Shown one piece after another: positions 28,101 through 37,771 of a stretch of DNA of 64,000 bases (position 1 is its first letter; each line of letters begins with the position of its first letter). A program made the position numbers and the translations under genes. This DNA is from a virus (taxonomy: Duplodnaviria > Caudoviricetes): the IMG/VR virus record IMGVR_UViG_3300011113_000415; one strand, 5' to 3'. The notes beneath the pieces were generated by a model, which worked only from the letters and a program-made list of their open reading frames with translations, was not told the origin of the DNA and made no database searches.

Positions 28101-31100
28101 TTCACGTACTGCAAATAATTTTGCAAAGCCAAAAATCTGTTGTCAAACATGCTTTGTCTAGGGCGGAACTGCACACCATAGCGTTGTGCAGGACTCAACC
28201 CAGGATCAGGCACAAGAGCCCCCAATGGATCTGCACCACATAAACTGTCCTGTAATTTTTGATAGAGATTGTCTGGTAAAAATCCATTAGCACGATCTTG
28301 TGGCAACAAATCATATTGCACATGAACATTGTCATCAGTATACTGTCTATCAAACTCAATGCTGAGCACAGTATCGTAGGCACTGAGTTGATCCATTCCG
28401 TTGTAGATGGCTGTGGCACTAGGGCTCACAAATGCCACATAAGGGATACCACTGCTACGAGGATCAGCAATGTATCTAGCAACGCCAGTAGGACTCAGAG
28501 TCTTTCCGGCTGTGGTATTGATTGTGACGATATTTTTTACCCAGAAATAGTATGTGGTTCCAAACACACCTGTGGTGTTTAATCCAGTGGTCACACAGTA
28601 GTTGGTTACGTTTCTAGGTATACCAGGACCTGTGTAGTTGGCAGGAGGTACTGTGCTCGAGACCCACTGATAAACGTCCACTGTACTTCCTGGGAATATT
28701 TGAGCCCAGCGTCGTGCGGCGTACACAATGTCGTCCTGGTTGGGGTCAATGAATCTCACTGAGTTAGTGTCCCACCACATTTGGCCTTCGTGTGTGGCTG
28801 CCCAAATTCTACCGTTGTTGTTTTTGGCGCCCACGTTGTAGGCAGCAGGATCAACTGCGCCGATGTAGTCAATGTTTTGACGTGCGGCACCCAATATCTT
28901 GCCTTGTAGCGGATCAACAAAATCAAAGAATGCAGTTTTGGCGCTGGTGATACGATCGTATGTGAATACTCCGTTGATTAGATCAATGTCTACCACTGGC
29001 TGTTGCACGTTGGTTACCGTCCAGGCAGGAGAAAGATCTGGATTGTTGAAGATAGAAACTGCTCCATAGTTGTGAGGATCTAACGTGCTATCGCCGAGGT
29101 CATCTCCAGGACTGCCTGCTAACAATATGCCATTAGTATAATCAACTGAGGTGCCGTATTGATCCAACTCACTTACTGTTTGATCGTAAACTTGTTGTCC
29201 AAATGCAAACTTGCCAGGGTTTGAGACAGAACTTTCTGCACTGGCAAAGTAATCGTATGTGTATACTGCACCGCTTTGAATTAATGGTCCATTGAATATT
29301 GTGGTCTTGCTGTCAAAATATGTATCGCCGGCATCAAAGGTTGTGGGGCGGTACAGATTACCACGTGGTGCTCCTACTGTGAGTGTGAGCGCCGTGGTGT
29401 CAATGTTCACGGCACTACCAAATCCTGCATAAGCCACTGGGTATGGACTGGTGATAGTCTGAGTGTATACAAAAGTCTCAAAGCCCAGGCTGCTAAAGAT
29501 GCTACCAACCAGGCCAGGAAGCACAGTCAACTTGTTGCCGGCCACTGCGGCATCTGTGTTCTTGACGCTGACTGTGAGTAGGCCAAACGTTTGTGTTCCT
29601 GAGGCGCCGGCACGAGCAATCACGTTGGGAACTGTGCTAGAGTTGATGTCTTGAGCAAGTTGTGCGGCCCAACTGCTGACCTGCCAATATGTGGTGTCAG
29701 TCAATGCTGTGCCTGTTGGTACTGCCTTGATAGCAACATAAAGATCAGCACCGTCAATAACAATAGTACCAACAGTATAGGTCAACCCAATCAACCAGGT
29801 AGTGGGTGCGCTTAACTCAACTTCCATATTGTTGATTCTAATGGTGTCGCCAACAGTCAATGTGGCGTTTGTTGTTGACGTTGTTATACCATAAACGCGA
29901 CTTTGATTCACTTGACGTTCTACAGAACCTGCGTATGGTAAAACACTACTGTCTTGTGGTGCACCAGCGTACAGACTACAATTGTAAAGGCAAAGATCCA
30001 CTGCCTGCCCAAAGTTTGCATTGTACAATGGACTTGCAGATCCAACTTTCTGAATCAGAGAAAATGTGTTGACGTCAATCTCTAGTATGTCTCCCACTGC
30101 GGCAGATGCGGCCAAGGTGATTTCATTGGCACCAGTTACTGTATACTGTCCTGTTGGATTGCCAGCACTGTTGGTCAAGAATTGATTGTTCAACATCACT
30201 GAAGTTGGTGACACCAAAGACGTATCTGTTTGATACACTGTTTGTGTAGCACTTGTAACAATAAATCTCTGTACTGATCGATCATACACGTAAACTGACC
30301 CTGCATCACCTACAGAATCATATGTGTCATTTGGACAACCAATCATTATTTGTCTGCCATCTGTGGAACAACTGATTGATTCACCAAATCTTGCATCGGC
30401 AGCAAGTCCTGTCGGGGCCAAGGTGGTGACATAATTGTAATAACTTTGTGTGCTAACATTGATAGAGCCAGTTGGTATATGGGCAGAATCAAATGTTATG
30501 TCTCTAGTGCTGTTGCTAAATGTGTAATCTATGTTGGGGCGTTGCACAATGCCGTTTACTTCAACTCTAAAACTGTAGATATTGGTAGCACTGTACAAGT
30601 ATTCATTCAATGAGAACACCTGTGTGACTCCATTGCCTGTGAACGTTTGGGCAATACGACGACCAATCTTCAACACAAGATCTTGTACCGGAGTCGAATT
30701 CAAAGAAACGCTGGTTCCGTTTACAGTATAGTCAGTTGTGTAAGTTAGCAGTTGATTGTTCAGCACCACAAACAACTGTTCGTACTCTCCAGAATCAATT
30801 ATTACATCATTGTTGTATTGGAAAACAGATTGTGTTCCATCTGTGACATATTCTACAAGTTGTGCCTCTATGTCTACTCGTCCATAGGCAAACACTTGAT
30901 TGATGCCAGGAGCACCAATATACATCCATTGTTCGTCTGGACTTACCACAACGCTGGTTCCAAATTTACTGCCCGAATCTATGTAACTGGGATTTGGAAC
31001 AGTCAGCAGATTTGATAACAAGAAAGTTGGACTGTTGGGAAATCTATAAATTATCGCGGCGTATCCAGAATTTGCACTGGAGTCAGATCCGATACTGTCG

Positions 31101-34100
31101 GGTGCTCCAACTGCTCCCCAGGTCTGATTACCAATGCTGACAACTGATCCAAACCCATATGTTCCTGGGTTGTTACACTCAATGATACTGTTTTGAGTAA
31201 ATGGGTTACCTGAAGTTCTTACATAGGTATACAGTGCGCCTGATTGTGTGTCTCCATAGCCTGGGGCGCCTACAAAAGCAAACACATTGTCATGAGCCTG
31301 GGCAACACTTGTGCCAAACTCACTACCTGCCACAGGAGAAGTTACCAGAATTTGTCCACTGGTATGGAATACTTCTTGTTTTTGTACCACTTCCCACAAA
31401 CCTGCACCGTTGTCATCGATCCAGGCGCGATCTCCTGGTATTAGATTGTTAACATATGGCAGTGTAATAATATCACTGCCTTGTGCTATCCGTTGACTCT
31501 GTAGTGTAAAGGGTGTGCCTGTTCCTGAGGCCACAATTTGGTCTGACTGCAAGAATGTGAAAGCAATAGTAACCTGGAAAATGTTAGGCACATTGATCAC
31601 TCGGTACACACCATCTACACCAGAGCCAAAATACTTGATCAACAAAATATTGTCTGCTACCAACCCGTGAGCCTGACTGAAAGTAACCACAGCAGTACCA
31701 TTGAGGTTTGAATTAACTTGCGTGACTTTGCCTGACACTTGCGCTGTTCTGTAAATGCCCCAGTCGTAGTCATTGATCTTGGCCACCCATACTATGGATC
31801 CCACATTTACATTGTTTAAATCTGCTGCCAACGAAGCAGTGTTATCAATGTTGAACACTGTGATGTCAACATCGTCAATGTTCACGTATCCAGCACTGGG
31901 CAACACAGTGTCAGTTTTTTTGACCAAAGTTGTGGTCAAAATATCAGGACTAGTTATTTTGTAACTTTGATTCCAGATATCGTTGACTAAAACTGTTTGT
32001 TCTGCCTGGCTGGTTTCTCCAGGCACGACCACTTGTACCAAACTTGGATTTGAAGTCAACAAGGCTTCATTCAGTCGTATTTCATAGAAACTTCTGTTGG
32101 CGTTGGCACCATATACACCACGTTGCACTGCCCAGTTTTCATAGATCTGATACTCGTTGACTCCACGACCGAGATCAGCAAATGTAAAAATTTCAGCGGC
32201 ACGCACAGTGCCTTTGGTGCCAAGAAATTGACGATACAGATTCACTTGACTGGTACTGTCAAGATTAAGGGCAACCATATACTCTCTAGGTTTGAATCCA
32301 ATCAAGTTATAGGCAAAAAGGTCTTGGTTGAGTTCAAGATTGGCTTGATACACATTGTATGTGTTGGCCAATTGGTCGCTCTTGTTGGGCAGGTTAGGCA
32401 ACAGACCCTGTTGAATCAGAGTGTAGTCACTGCGTGTCCAGTCGTTGAAATCAAACTTGGGTTTGGGCTGTACAATATCAACTGCACTGTAATAAAAGTT
32501 TTTGTACAACACAATTTCACCACGAGCATATTTGCGTAGTGGTTCCCATTCTTTTACATTGTCTTGATTTAATATAAAACCAGGTGCATTGAGTTGACCA
32601 TTCCAGTCTTGTGTAACTGATCCAATCAATCTTATTCTACTTTGTCTAGCACCAGTAGCAGGATAGTAAATTAAATCAGCAAATATGCTTTGATTGTCCA
32701 ATACAACCATGTTTTCATAAGATGTAAATTTAATGTGGAAATAGTTTATGGTATCAGCAGTGAGACTTCTCAGAGTAAATGTGTTGTCCAGCCTTTCAAC
32801 CACTAGATCTCGCGTGGCAAATGGAGTACGATCAGCATTGAGAACCATGTTTTCTGTTGTTTGTAATGCAATGCTGTCAACTATGGCCTCAGGTCTTTCC
32901 ACAATTATCTGTGTGGCGCCTGGATTCAAATTTATAATGCTTCCTTCGGCCCACCCTTGACCACTCCAGTACAGAAATTCGCTGACCATTTGATTCCAGT
33001 CAAGCACGTAGCCATTTTCCATTTGATTGAATACCAATCCCTGTTGTTGTAGTAGGGCTCCATAACTCAGTAAGAAATCTGCTACCAAGGTTCTGTTGGT
33101 GAATGTGTATCCATAAGGTACCTGGACCACTTGGTCGCTGTAACTCACTGGCACACGCACTTCAAACCCGCCAGCACTTATTGTACTCAACACCCCGTTT
33201 ACCTTGCTGACCAAGATGTCAAAGTAAGGTTGTATGGTGCTATAGCCGTATACTGCCCACCCATTTGCCGTTGACTGCACAATGATACTGCTGTAGGTCA
33301 ACTGATCAAAAGGTACGTTCTTGTAAAACAACAGGTTGTAACTTTCATCGGGCAACAGCAAACTTGAGTTTAGACTGTTGGGGCTGGATTTTTCAGTATA
33401 AATTTCTAGTAGATTTTTGCCTGTAAAAGCAGCCATTCTGTAGCACAAACGCACGTCAAGATTTTTTAGATCTGCTGTGAGTGCGTCGGTGGAATTGATT
33501 CCACTTACTCGATTGAAGTCCACAATCCAGTCAATGTAACTGGCCTTGCTGACGCCGTTGCCATAGACTTCAATGCCATTGGCATCCAGTCTGTAACGAC
33601 CGTTGTAGAGATATTGACCCAGTTCTGCATTATAGCGATAAAGATCACGATCTGCAAACAGGCTGAAGAATTCTGCTGGACGTGTGAGGGCCAACAGGCG
33701 CATGATGGCAAATGGATATGCACTACTGGTTCTCCAGGCGTTCTCTACAGGAGCATCGTCACCAACCGCCCAATTTCTCTGGAAGTTGTTGCTGTTGAAA
33801 TTGCCAACCACTGTTTCAATGGGCGGTAGTAACGCACCTTCGCTGCCGGATGGAATCACCTGTGTAAGTTGAGGTCTTGCATATTGAGGCAACACGTAAG
33901 GTGCCACAGGGTCTCGCACTAGACCTGCCGCCAAGTCATCCCACAACACCAAGTTGCCTGACGTGTAAGGTGCAGGACCGTATTCTGCTTCCCACCAAGA
34001 AGGCATTACACTGAAACCCAGCATTTCCCAAGGTCTTGTGTTGGGACTTATTGTGTCATAAAAATAGTTATAGATGCCGCGCCAGGCGCCTACGGCCAAT

Positions 34101-37100
34101 GGTTGATTGGCAGTCAACTTGTTGCTGGCTGTGCTATAATTCCAAGTGAAACCATTGTTGGGCAGGTAGTCCTGTGACTTGTAGTCCAATTTGTTCCAGC
34201 CAACCCAGGTCAAAAAGTCTTGACTTTCTATGCCGGTGATTTCCTCCAGGGTATAATCTGTTGTGCGGAACTGTCCGGGCACAACCTCTGTGGCCACAAG
34301 AGGCACAGGATTACCATCTAGTTTCAAATTGTTGTATATTCTAGTTTCAAATTCCAACAACACTTGATCACGCAAGTCACCAAAAGCCACAGTGATACTT
34401 CCATCATGGCCGCGTATGACTCTTCTGGGCGTGACATAAGTGGTATCAATGTAGGTCTCAGGCACAAAGGCAGGATACAAACCCAGTTTGGTTGGGGTAT
34501 TGGGTACAAATGTACCGTATGTGTCAGCATATTCTTGTATGACAACTGTGTCGCCTACTGTTAGTGGTATGGTAATGGTCAACGTGGGTGCATCTGTTGC
34601 TACAACATATTCAACACCTCTTGTGAGCAGTCGGTCATTCACATACACAGATAATCCCAAATAGTTGGCAGAAGTGTAGTTGTATACTTGTGCAAGGTCA
34701 AAAGTATCTGTGGTAATAAAACTGATCACTGTTGAAGATTGTGTGTACACATTGCTGGCAGGCAACATGTCACTCCAATAAAATGGATTTGCACTGGTAC
34801 GTCCAGCCACAAGATCAGTCACTACAGCAGTGAGTATTTCAGGCACAGTCATATTCACATAATCGCCAGACACAGCGGCATTCAACAATTGTGCTTTGTA
34901 CTTTTCGTATTCTCTTGAATTAAATTCAAGACTGGCAAATATATTGTAGTTGGCACTGCGCAAAAAATAACCTGCCAATGTCATTGGTGCGCTTTGTTGT
35001 AGTATGTTCAAGCCAAATGGTATGATATTGCCAAGGTCGCGTGAATTGTTGGCTCCATTTATTTTTCCTGTCAAGCCAATCAAGTTTTGTCCAATGGTAT
35101 CGTAGTGGGTCCGTATAGTGCCTAGTGTGAGATTGGCAGCATTCTCATTCAAGGGATTGTTTTCAAGGTTGACAGGAACTTGGTAAAAACCCACAGCACT
35201 GACTTGGTCACTCAAGACCAACACTTCAATTATTTGTCCTGGCACAATTAGGGTGGTAGTAGGAAATGTGATAGTGGTAGTATTAGTTGTTGTTGCATAG
35301 GTATAAGAGCCTGGATCCTGGAACTCACTGTCCACATAGATCTTGATAGACGGAACTGTGTCTACTGGCAAGGCTGCCACATCCAACAACAAAGGTGTGT
35401 TAGAGGCGTAAGTAAAACTAAACTGCTGATAGATCTTGCTCTTGACTGCGGCCGTTTGCCAACCTATTTCTTTGGTATAAACAGTGCGATTGGCATACTG
35501 TCTTACAAATCCAATGCTGATATTTTTGGTATAACTTATGTCATTTTGCACATAAAGAAATGTGTCAGCATAGAGGTTGTTGTCAAAAACAATATCACCT
35601 ATGTTGTTGAGACTGAGATACCGTAGAGGAAAACCCAACACAGTATCGTCTAGACCCGGCCCTAAAGCATAACTAAACAATTTGCTGCCTGCAAACGTAC
35701 TGCTAGGATAGGCCACAGGATTGCCAAGACTGTAGCCGTTGGTGTCAAATACATCAAACAACGGTGCTTGATTTACTCCAGTTTTTTGTTGTGCCCGAAT
35801 CCATTGCACACCATCATAATAAAAACTTATACCTTGCAAGGTGATGCCGCTGAGACAGACCACTGTTTGGTCAACCAGCACATCGGCATCTGAGGCAGGA
35901 ACCAGATTGATCACTGGATATGAGAATGAACTGCCATCGTCACTGAAAGTAACAAATTCTACCACATAAATTTTGTTTCTTACGTCTGGATCGGTGTCAC
36001 CAGCAAATATAACTCTAGTTCCCTCAACAAAAGTGTATCCATCTACACCATAACCCACTGTGCCATTTATGGTGCTGAGAGCATCTGTTGTGGCAAAATC
36101 AATGATATCCACAGGTTGTTTGCCTTGTGTGCCCATGTGCCATAATCTAGTTCCACCGCGGAATTCCAAAATAGGTCGCTTGGCCCTGTATGCATTGTCA
36201 AGCACAGGTATTGTGTTATTGTAAGTGGCTGCGGCTGAAATTACGTCAACATGAAACCAACGATTGCTACGGCTCCAGGCATTCAAGTCTGGTGAGTCCA
36301 ATGCCATGGTAAGGTAGTCAGGCACCAAAGGCTGATTCAAACTGGCATCAAAATTACCCTCGTCATAAGGTACAGAATCAAAAGGCACGGTGGCACTTTG
36401 AGTGTAGGTTTCAGGTGTGACATAATTGCTGACTGGCAATAATTGAATTGCTGTGCCAACTCCTGACACGTAGTATTCTTGATTGGTATAACTGCTGGGC
36501 ACAACCGGAGCAAGAAATTGCACTTTGAGATTGTTGGTAAACACCACACCATTGGGGCTGGTGTAATTTTTCTTGCCCAAGATATCTGTTGCAACATTGA
36601 TAGTGGAACTGTCTACTTGATCCACTAGTCTAATTTGTCCAAAGATGTCTGGATTGGTGCCATCTTGATACCATAACACATCTTTGATTGCAGTCAATAG
36701 CGGAACCTGAGAGATCACACTGCTGGCATCATTGTACCAAGTGGTACTGGCCCACTGTGTGCCAAACAACACGTCAAATTTTGTCAATGTGCTCAGTGTA
36801 GAAATAGGCAACAAGTTTACAATAGGCAAATTGTTGATGTCATAGGAGTATTGAATCTGCCAAACGTTGTTGGTTGGAAATGTTGGACTGGTTGTGAATA
36901 CCAATGTTTTGTTGTTGAGATTGGTTATGCCATCTATGCCACCATAGTCAGCAATGATGTCGCTGAGATACATGCCGTTCAACTGATCATAACTCAACTC
37001 ACTCAGCAGGTCTACATTACCTATGCTGACAAGATCATAATAGAACTGTTGTGCATTTTTGAATGGCACATAAAAAGTCACTGTGCCTAGATCTTCGCCA

Positions 37101-37771
37101 TTGGCAGACACTCCCATCACACTTCTACTGCTGATGTTGGGTGCATAAGGCAATTGACCATTGATGCCAGGATCAGTTTGAATCCAGAATGGATTTCCAG
37201 TCTGGCTCACTTCAAAAGTGTAATTGCCCCCACGTACCAGCGTTATGGTAGGATTATTGCCTATTGCTCCACTGAACGTGTATGAGTTGGTACCACGAAC
37301 AACTGAAAAATTGTCTGTCAAAGGTATTGCTGTGGCAAACACATCCACAGCATCAGGTCCTGCTGGTAACCAGTAGTATTGGCTGTAGTTTACAAACTTG
37401 TCAAAACTTACAAAAGGATCCCAAGTGTAATAATCACTGGTATACAGTCTGTCACTGTTGTTGGTCACTGCACCTTGTATTGCCAGGGAGTCTGTGATAC
37501 CTGGATAAGTGATGGCATCTTGTATCTCTTCAGTGTCGGGTTTGAGACTGATAACACCAGGCTCCAATTGATAGTTGGCTCGAGTGGCATTGGGTTCTAG
37601 CACATAGTAATCATTGGGGTTGACCCCAGGGCCAACCCTGCGTCCAACATAACCCTGTACTTTTTCAAATGCAGGTTCTTGAACCAACTGATCAAGCGTG
37701 GCATTTAAAAATTGTTTGTTAGGAACAGTCTGAAATATTTCAGGTAAAAAATCAACGGTGCGTATGGCCAT
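25157..37771 (-). CDS. Giant 4204-aa baseplate wedge/adhesin-like structural protein (position of T4 gp7)
   Basis: Follows gp6 with TAATG overlap; seven FG-GAP-like repeats, four CBM5/12-like motifs, repeated small beta-sandwich motifs. Confidence 0.75.
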   Translation of the reverse strand: MAIRTVDFLPEIFQTVPNKQFLNATLDQLVQEPAFEKVQGYVGRRVGPGVNPNDYYVLEPNATRANYQLEPGVISLKPDTEEIQDAITYPGITDSLAIQGAVTNNSDRLYTSDYYTWDPFVSFDKFVNYSQYYWLPAGPDAVDVFATAIPLTDNFSVVRGTNSYTFSGAIGNNPTITLVRGGNYTFEVSQTGNPFWIQTDPGINGQLPYAPNISSRSVMGVSANGEDLGTVTFYVPFKNAQQFYYDLVSIGNVDLLSELSYDQLNGMYLSDIIADYGGIDGITNLNNKTLVFTTSPTFPTNNVWQIQYSYDINNLPIVNLLPISTLSTLTKFDVLFGTQWASTTWYNDASSVISQVPLLTAIKDVLWYQDGTNPDIFGQIRLVDQVDSSTINVATDILGKKNYTSPNGVVFTNNLKVQFLAPVVPSSYTNQEYYVSGVGTAIQLLPVSNYVTPETYTQSATVPFDSVPYDEGNFDASLNQPLVPDYLTMALDSPDLNAWSRSNRWFHVDVISAAATYNNTIPVLDNAYRAKRPILEFRGGTRLWHMGTQGKQPVDIIDFATTDALSTINGTVGYGVDGYTFVEGTRVIFAGDTDPDVRNKIYVVEFVTFSDDGSSFSYPVINLVPASDADVLVDQTVVCLSGITLQGISFYYDGVQWIRAQQKTGVNQAPLFDVFDTNGYSLGNPVAYPSSTFAGSKLFSYALGPGLDDTVLGFPLRYLSLNNIGDIVFDNNLYADTFLYVQNDISYTKNISIGFVRQYANRTVYTKEIGWQTAAVKSKIYQQFSFTYASNTPLLLDVAALPVDTVPSIKIYVDSEFQDPGSYTYATTTNTTTITFPTTTLIVPGQIIEVLVLSDQVSAVGFYQVPVNLENNPLNENAANLTLGTIRTHYDTIGQNLIGLTGKINGANNSRDLGNIIPFGLNILQQSAPMTLAGYFLRSANYNIFASLEFNSREYEKYKAQLLNAAVSGDYVNMTVPEILTAVVTDLVAGRTSANPFYWSDMLPASNVYTQSSTVISFITTDTFDLAQVYNYTSANYLGLSVYVNDRLLTRGVEYVVATDAPTLTITIPLTVGDTVVIQEYADTYGTFVPNTPTKLGLYPAFVPETYIDTTYVTPRRVIRGHDGSITVAFGDLRDQVLLEFETRIYNNLKLDGNPVPLVATEVVPGQFRTTDYTLEEITGIESQDFLTWVGWNKLDYKSQDYLPNNGFTWNYSTASNKLTANQPLAVGAWRGIYNYFYDTISPNTRPWEMLGFSVMPSWWEAEYGPAPYTSGNLVLWDDLAAGLVRDPVAPYVLPQYARPQLTQVIPSGSEGALLPPIETVVGNFNSNNFQRNWAVGDDAPVENAWRTSSAYPFAIMRLLALTRPAEFFSLFADRDLYRYNAELGQYLYNGRYRLDANGIEVYGNGVSKASYIDWIVDFNRVSGINSTDALTADLKNLDVRLCYRMAAFTGKNLLEIYTEKSSPNSLNSSLLLPDESYNLLFYKNVPFDQLTYSSIIVQSTANGWAVYGYSTIQPYFDILVSKVNGVLSTISAGGFEVRVPVSYSDQVVQVPYGYTFTNRTLVADFLLSYGALLQQQGLVFNQMENGYVLDWNQMVSEFLYWSGQGWAEGSIINLNPGATQIIVERPEAIVDSIALQTTENMVLNADRTPFATRDLVVERLDNTFTLRSLTADTINYFHIKFTSYENMVVLDNQSIFADLIYYPATGARQSRIRLIGSVTQDWNGQLNAPGFILNQDNVKEWEPLRKYARGEIVLYKNFYYSAVDIVQPKPKFDFNDWTRSDYTLIQQGLLPNLPNKSDQLANTYNVYQANLELNQDLFAYNLIGFKPREYMVALNLDSTSQVNLYRQFLGTKGTVRAAEIFTFADLGRGVNEYQIYENWAVQRGVYGANANRSFYEIRLNEALLTSNPSLVQVVVPGETSQAEQTVLVNDIWNQSYKITSPDILTTTLVKKTDTVLPSAGYVNIDDVDITVFNIDNTASLAADLNNVNVGSIVWVAKINDYDWGIYRTAQVSGKVTQVNSNLNGTAVVTFSQAHGLVADNILLIKYFGSGVDGVYRVINVPNIFQVTIAFTFLQSDQIVASGTGTPFTLQSQRIAQGSDIITLPYVNNLIPGDRAWIDDNGAGLWEVVQKQEVFHTSGQILVTSPVAGSEFGTSVAQAHDNVFAFVGAPGYGDTQSGALYTYVRTSGNPFTQNSIIECNNPGTYGFGSVVSIGNQTWGAVGAPDSIGSDSSANSGYAAIIYRFPNSPTFLLSNLLTVPNPSYIDSGSKFGTSVVVSPDEQWMYIGAPGINQVFAYGRVDIEAQLVEYVTDGTQSVFQYNNDVIIDSGEYEQLFVVLNNQLLTYTTDYTVNGTSVSLNSTPVQDLVLKIGRRIAQTFTGNGVTQVFSLNEYLYSATNIYSFRVEVNGIVQRPNIDYTFSNSTRDITFDSAHIPTGSINVSTQSYYNYVTTLAPTGLAADARFGESISCSTDGRQIMIGCPNDTYDSVGDAGSVYVYDRSVQRFIVTSATQTVYQTDTSLVSPTSVMLNNQFLTNSAGNPTGQYTVTGANEITLAASAAVGDILEIDVNTFSLIQKVGSASPLYNANFGQAVDLCLYNCSLYAGAPQDSSVLPYAGSVERQVNQSRVYGITTSTTNATLTVGDTIRINNMEVELSAPTTWLIGLTYTVGTIVIDGADLYVAIKAVPTGTALTDTTYWQVSSWAAQLAQDINSSTVPNVIARAGASGTQTFGLLTVSVKNTDAAVAGNKLTVLPGLVGSIFSSLGFETFVYTQTITSPYPVAYAGFGSAVNIDTTALTLTVGAPRGNLYRPTTFDAGDTYFDSKTTIFNGPLIQSGAVYTYDYFASAESSVSNPGKFAFGQQVYDQTVSELDQYGTSVDYTNGILLAGSPGDDLGDSTLDPHNYGAVSIFNNPDLSPAWTVTNVQQPVVDIDLINGVFTYDRITSAKTAFFDFVDPLQGKILGAARQNIDYIGAVDPAAYNVGAKNNNGRIWAATHEGQMWWDTNSVRFIDPNQDDIVYAARRWAQIFPGSTVDVYQWVSSTVPPANYTGPGIPRNVTNYCVTTGLNTTGVFGTTYYFWVKNIVTINTTAGKTLSPTGVARYIADPRSSGIPYVAFVSPSATAIYNGMDQLSAYDTVLSIEFDRQYTDDNVHVQYDLLPQDRANGFLPDNLYQKLQDSLCGADPLGALVPDPGLSPAQRYGVQFRPRQSMFDNRFLALQNYLQYVNAVLLQYPISEIRSFNLLNSSEPEPQAGTGAWNKRVANIEELSYQDLAQVPVGYKYLVVSDSTQNGLWTIYTITTPKTFATLFLSRVQNYDTRNYWEYVTWYLPGYNSSVKIIAEVSNVTTLNTLSLTAAPVGSSVKVTANSQGKFEIYLRTNTGWDRVGLQDGTIQFLAQLWDYALGRYGFDVEVFDAQHFDQEPVTETRKIIQAINEQLLIGDLLIERNRALILMFNFVLSEFEAPEWLTKTSLIDVDHKIRQLIPYQTYQRDNQDFVLNYIQEVKPYHVQIREFNLIYNGLDVYQGTLADFDLPAFYNTTQVPNQYMSPVLTPYTLSTATGTGHPSTYSDVDPDSALWQTQPYSFWFENYTLSIQDVVIADGGSGYTVAPELTVTGDCVSQATMTATVNSAGAISSVTITDPGSGYTSTAIITVSGGNGTGGRIVAVMGNDLVRSINTTIRYDRYQYTTTIETWQANVAYDNGVQVRYDNRVWQANSGDSTPVQSAEFDPDNWLLIPASALSGVDRTMGYYVPGPNEPGLDLPLLIDGIAYPGVQVSAPTFSQNTGFDVGNFDINPFDNISYGPEGRPTYDPAILDAIYESSFLDPYLGTRATDINVDGGQFVGPYESHAPEELVPGAVFDTLDFRVYSRQFNLSYGDGSTTGPYYAPTASLDVEVAVNNVVISPDQYTVSSDSTVAEVTFNTAPANGSVIVVLESDPITGLELRIFQDMRGVQATYRMTPATTTELIQTLYPDQDTIYVNDAGALAEPDLANNVWGVLTVNGERIMYRERNLITNTVSSLLRGTAGTAATDHLIPVIWNIANSYTKGQIVNDSDVFYTAIQNVPSSEAVPISDTEYWARTISPILVYNLNRDNLAPVIYQDHYVGSNTLADGTTTIFTADVDLSQEDSTFDEQAVLVYVGGLLQTSGYSVTGDNPVTVQFTTAPTAGYQVTIRVRQGLSWYGAGSTTAYDGVGLEYTNTEAAEFFRG

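Noticed and set aside
22115-37771. Diversity-generating retroelement template/variable repeats in the fibre genes
   Set aside because: No reverse transcriptase and no adenine-mismatched repeat pair was noticed; a self-alignment would be needed to exclude this fully
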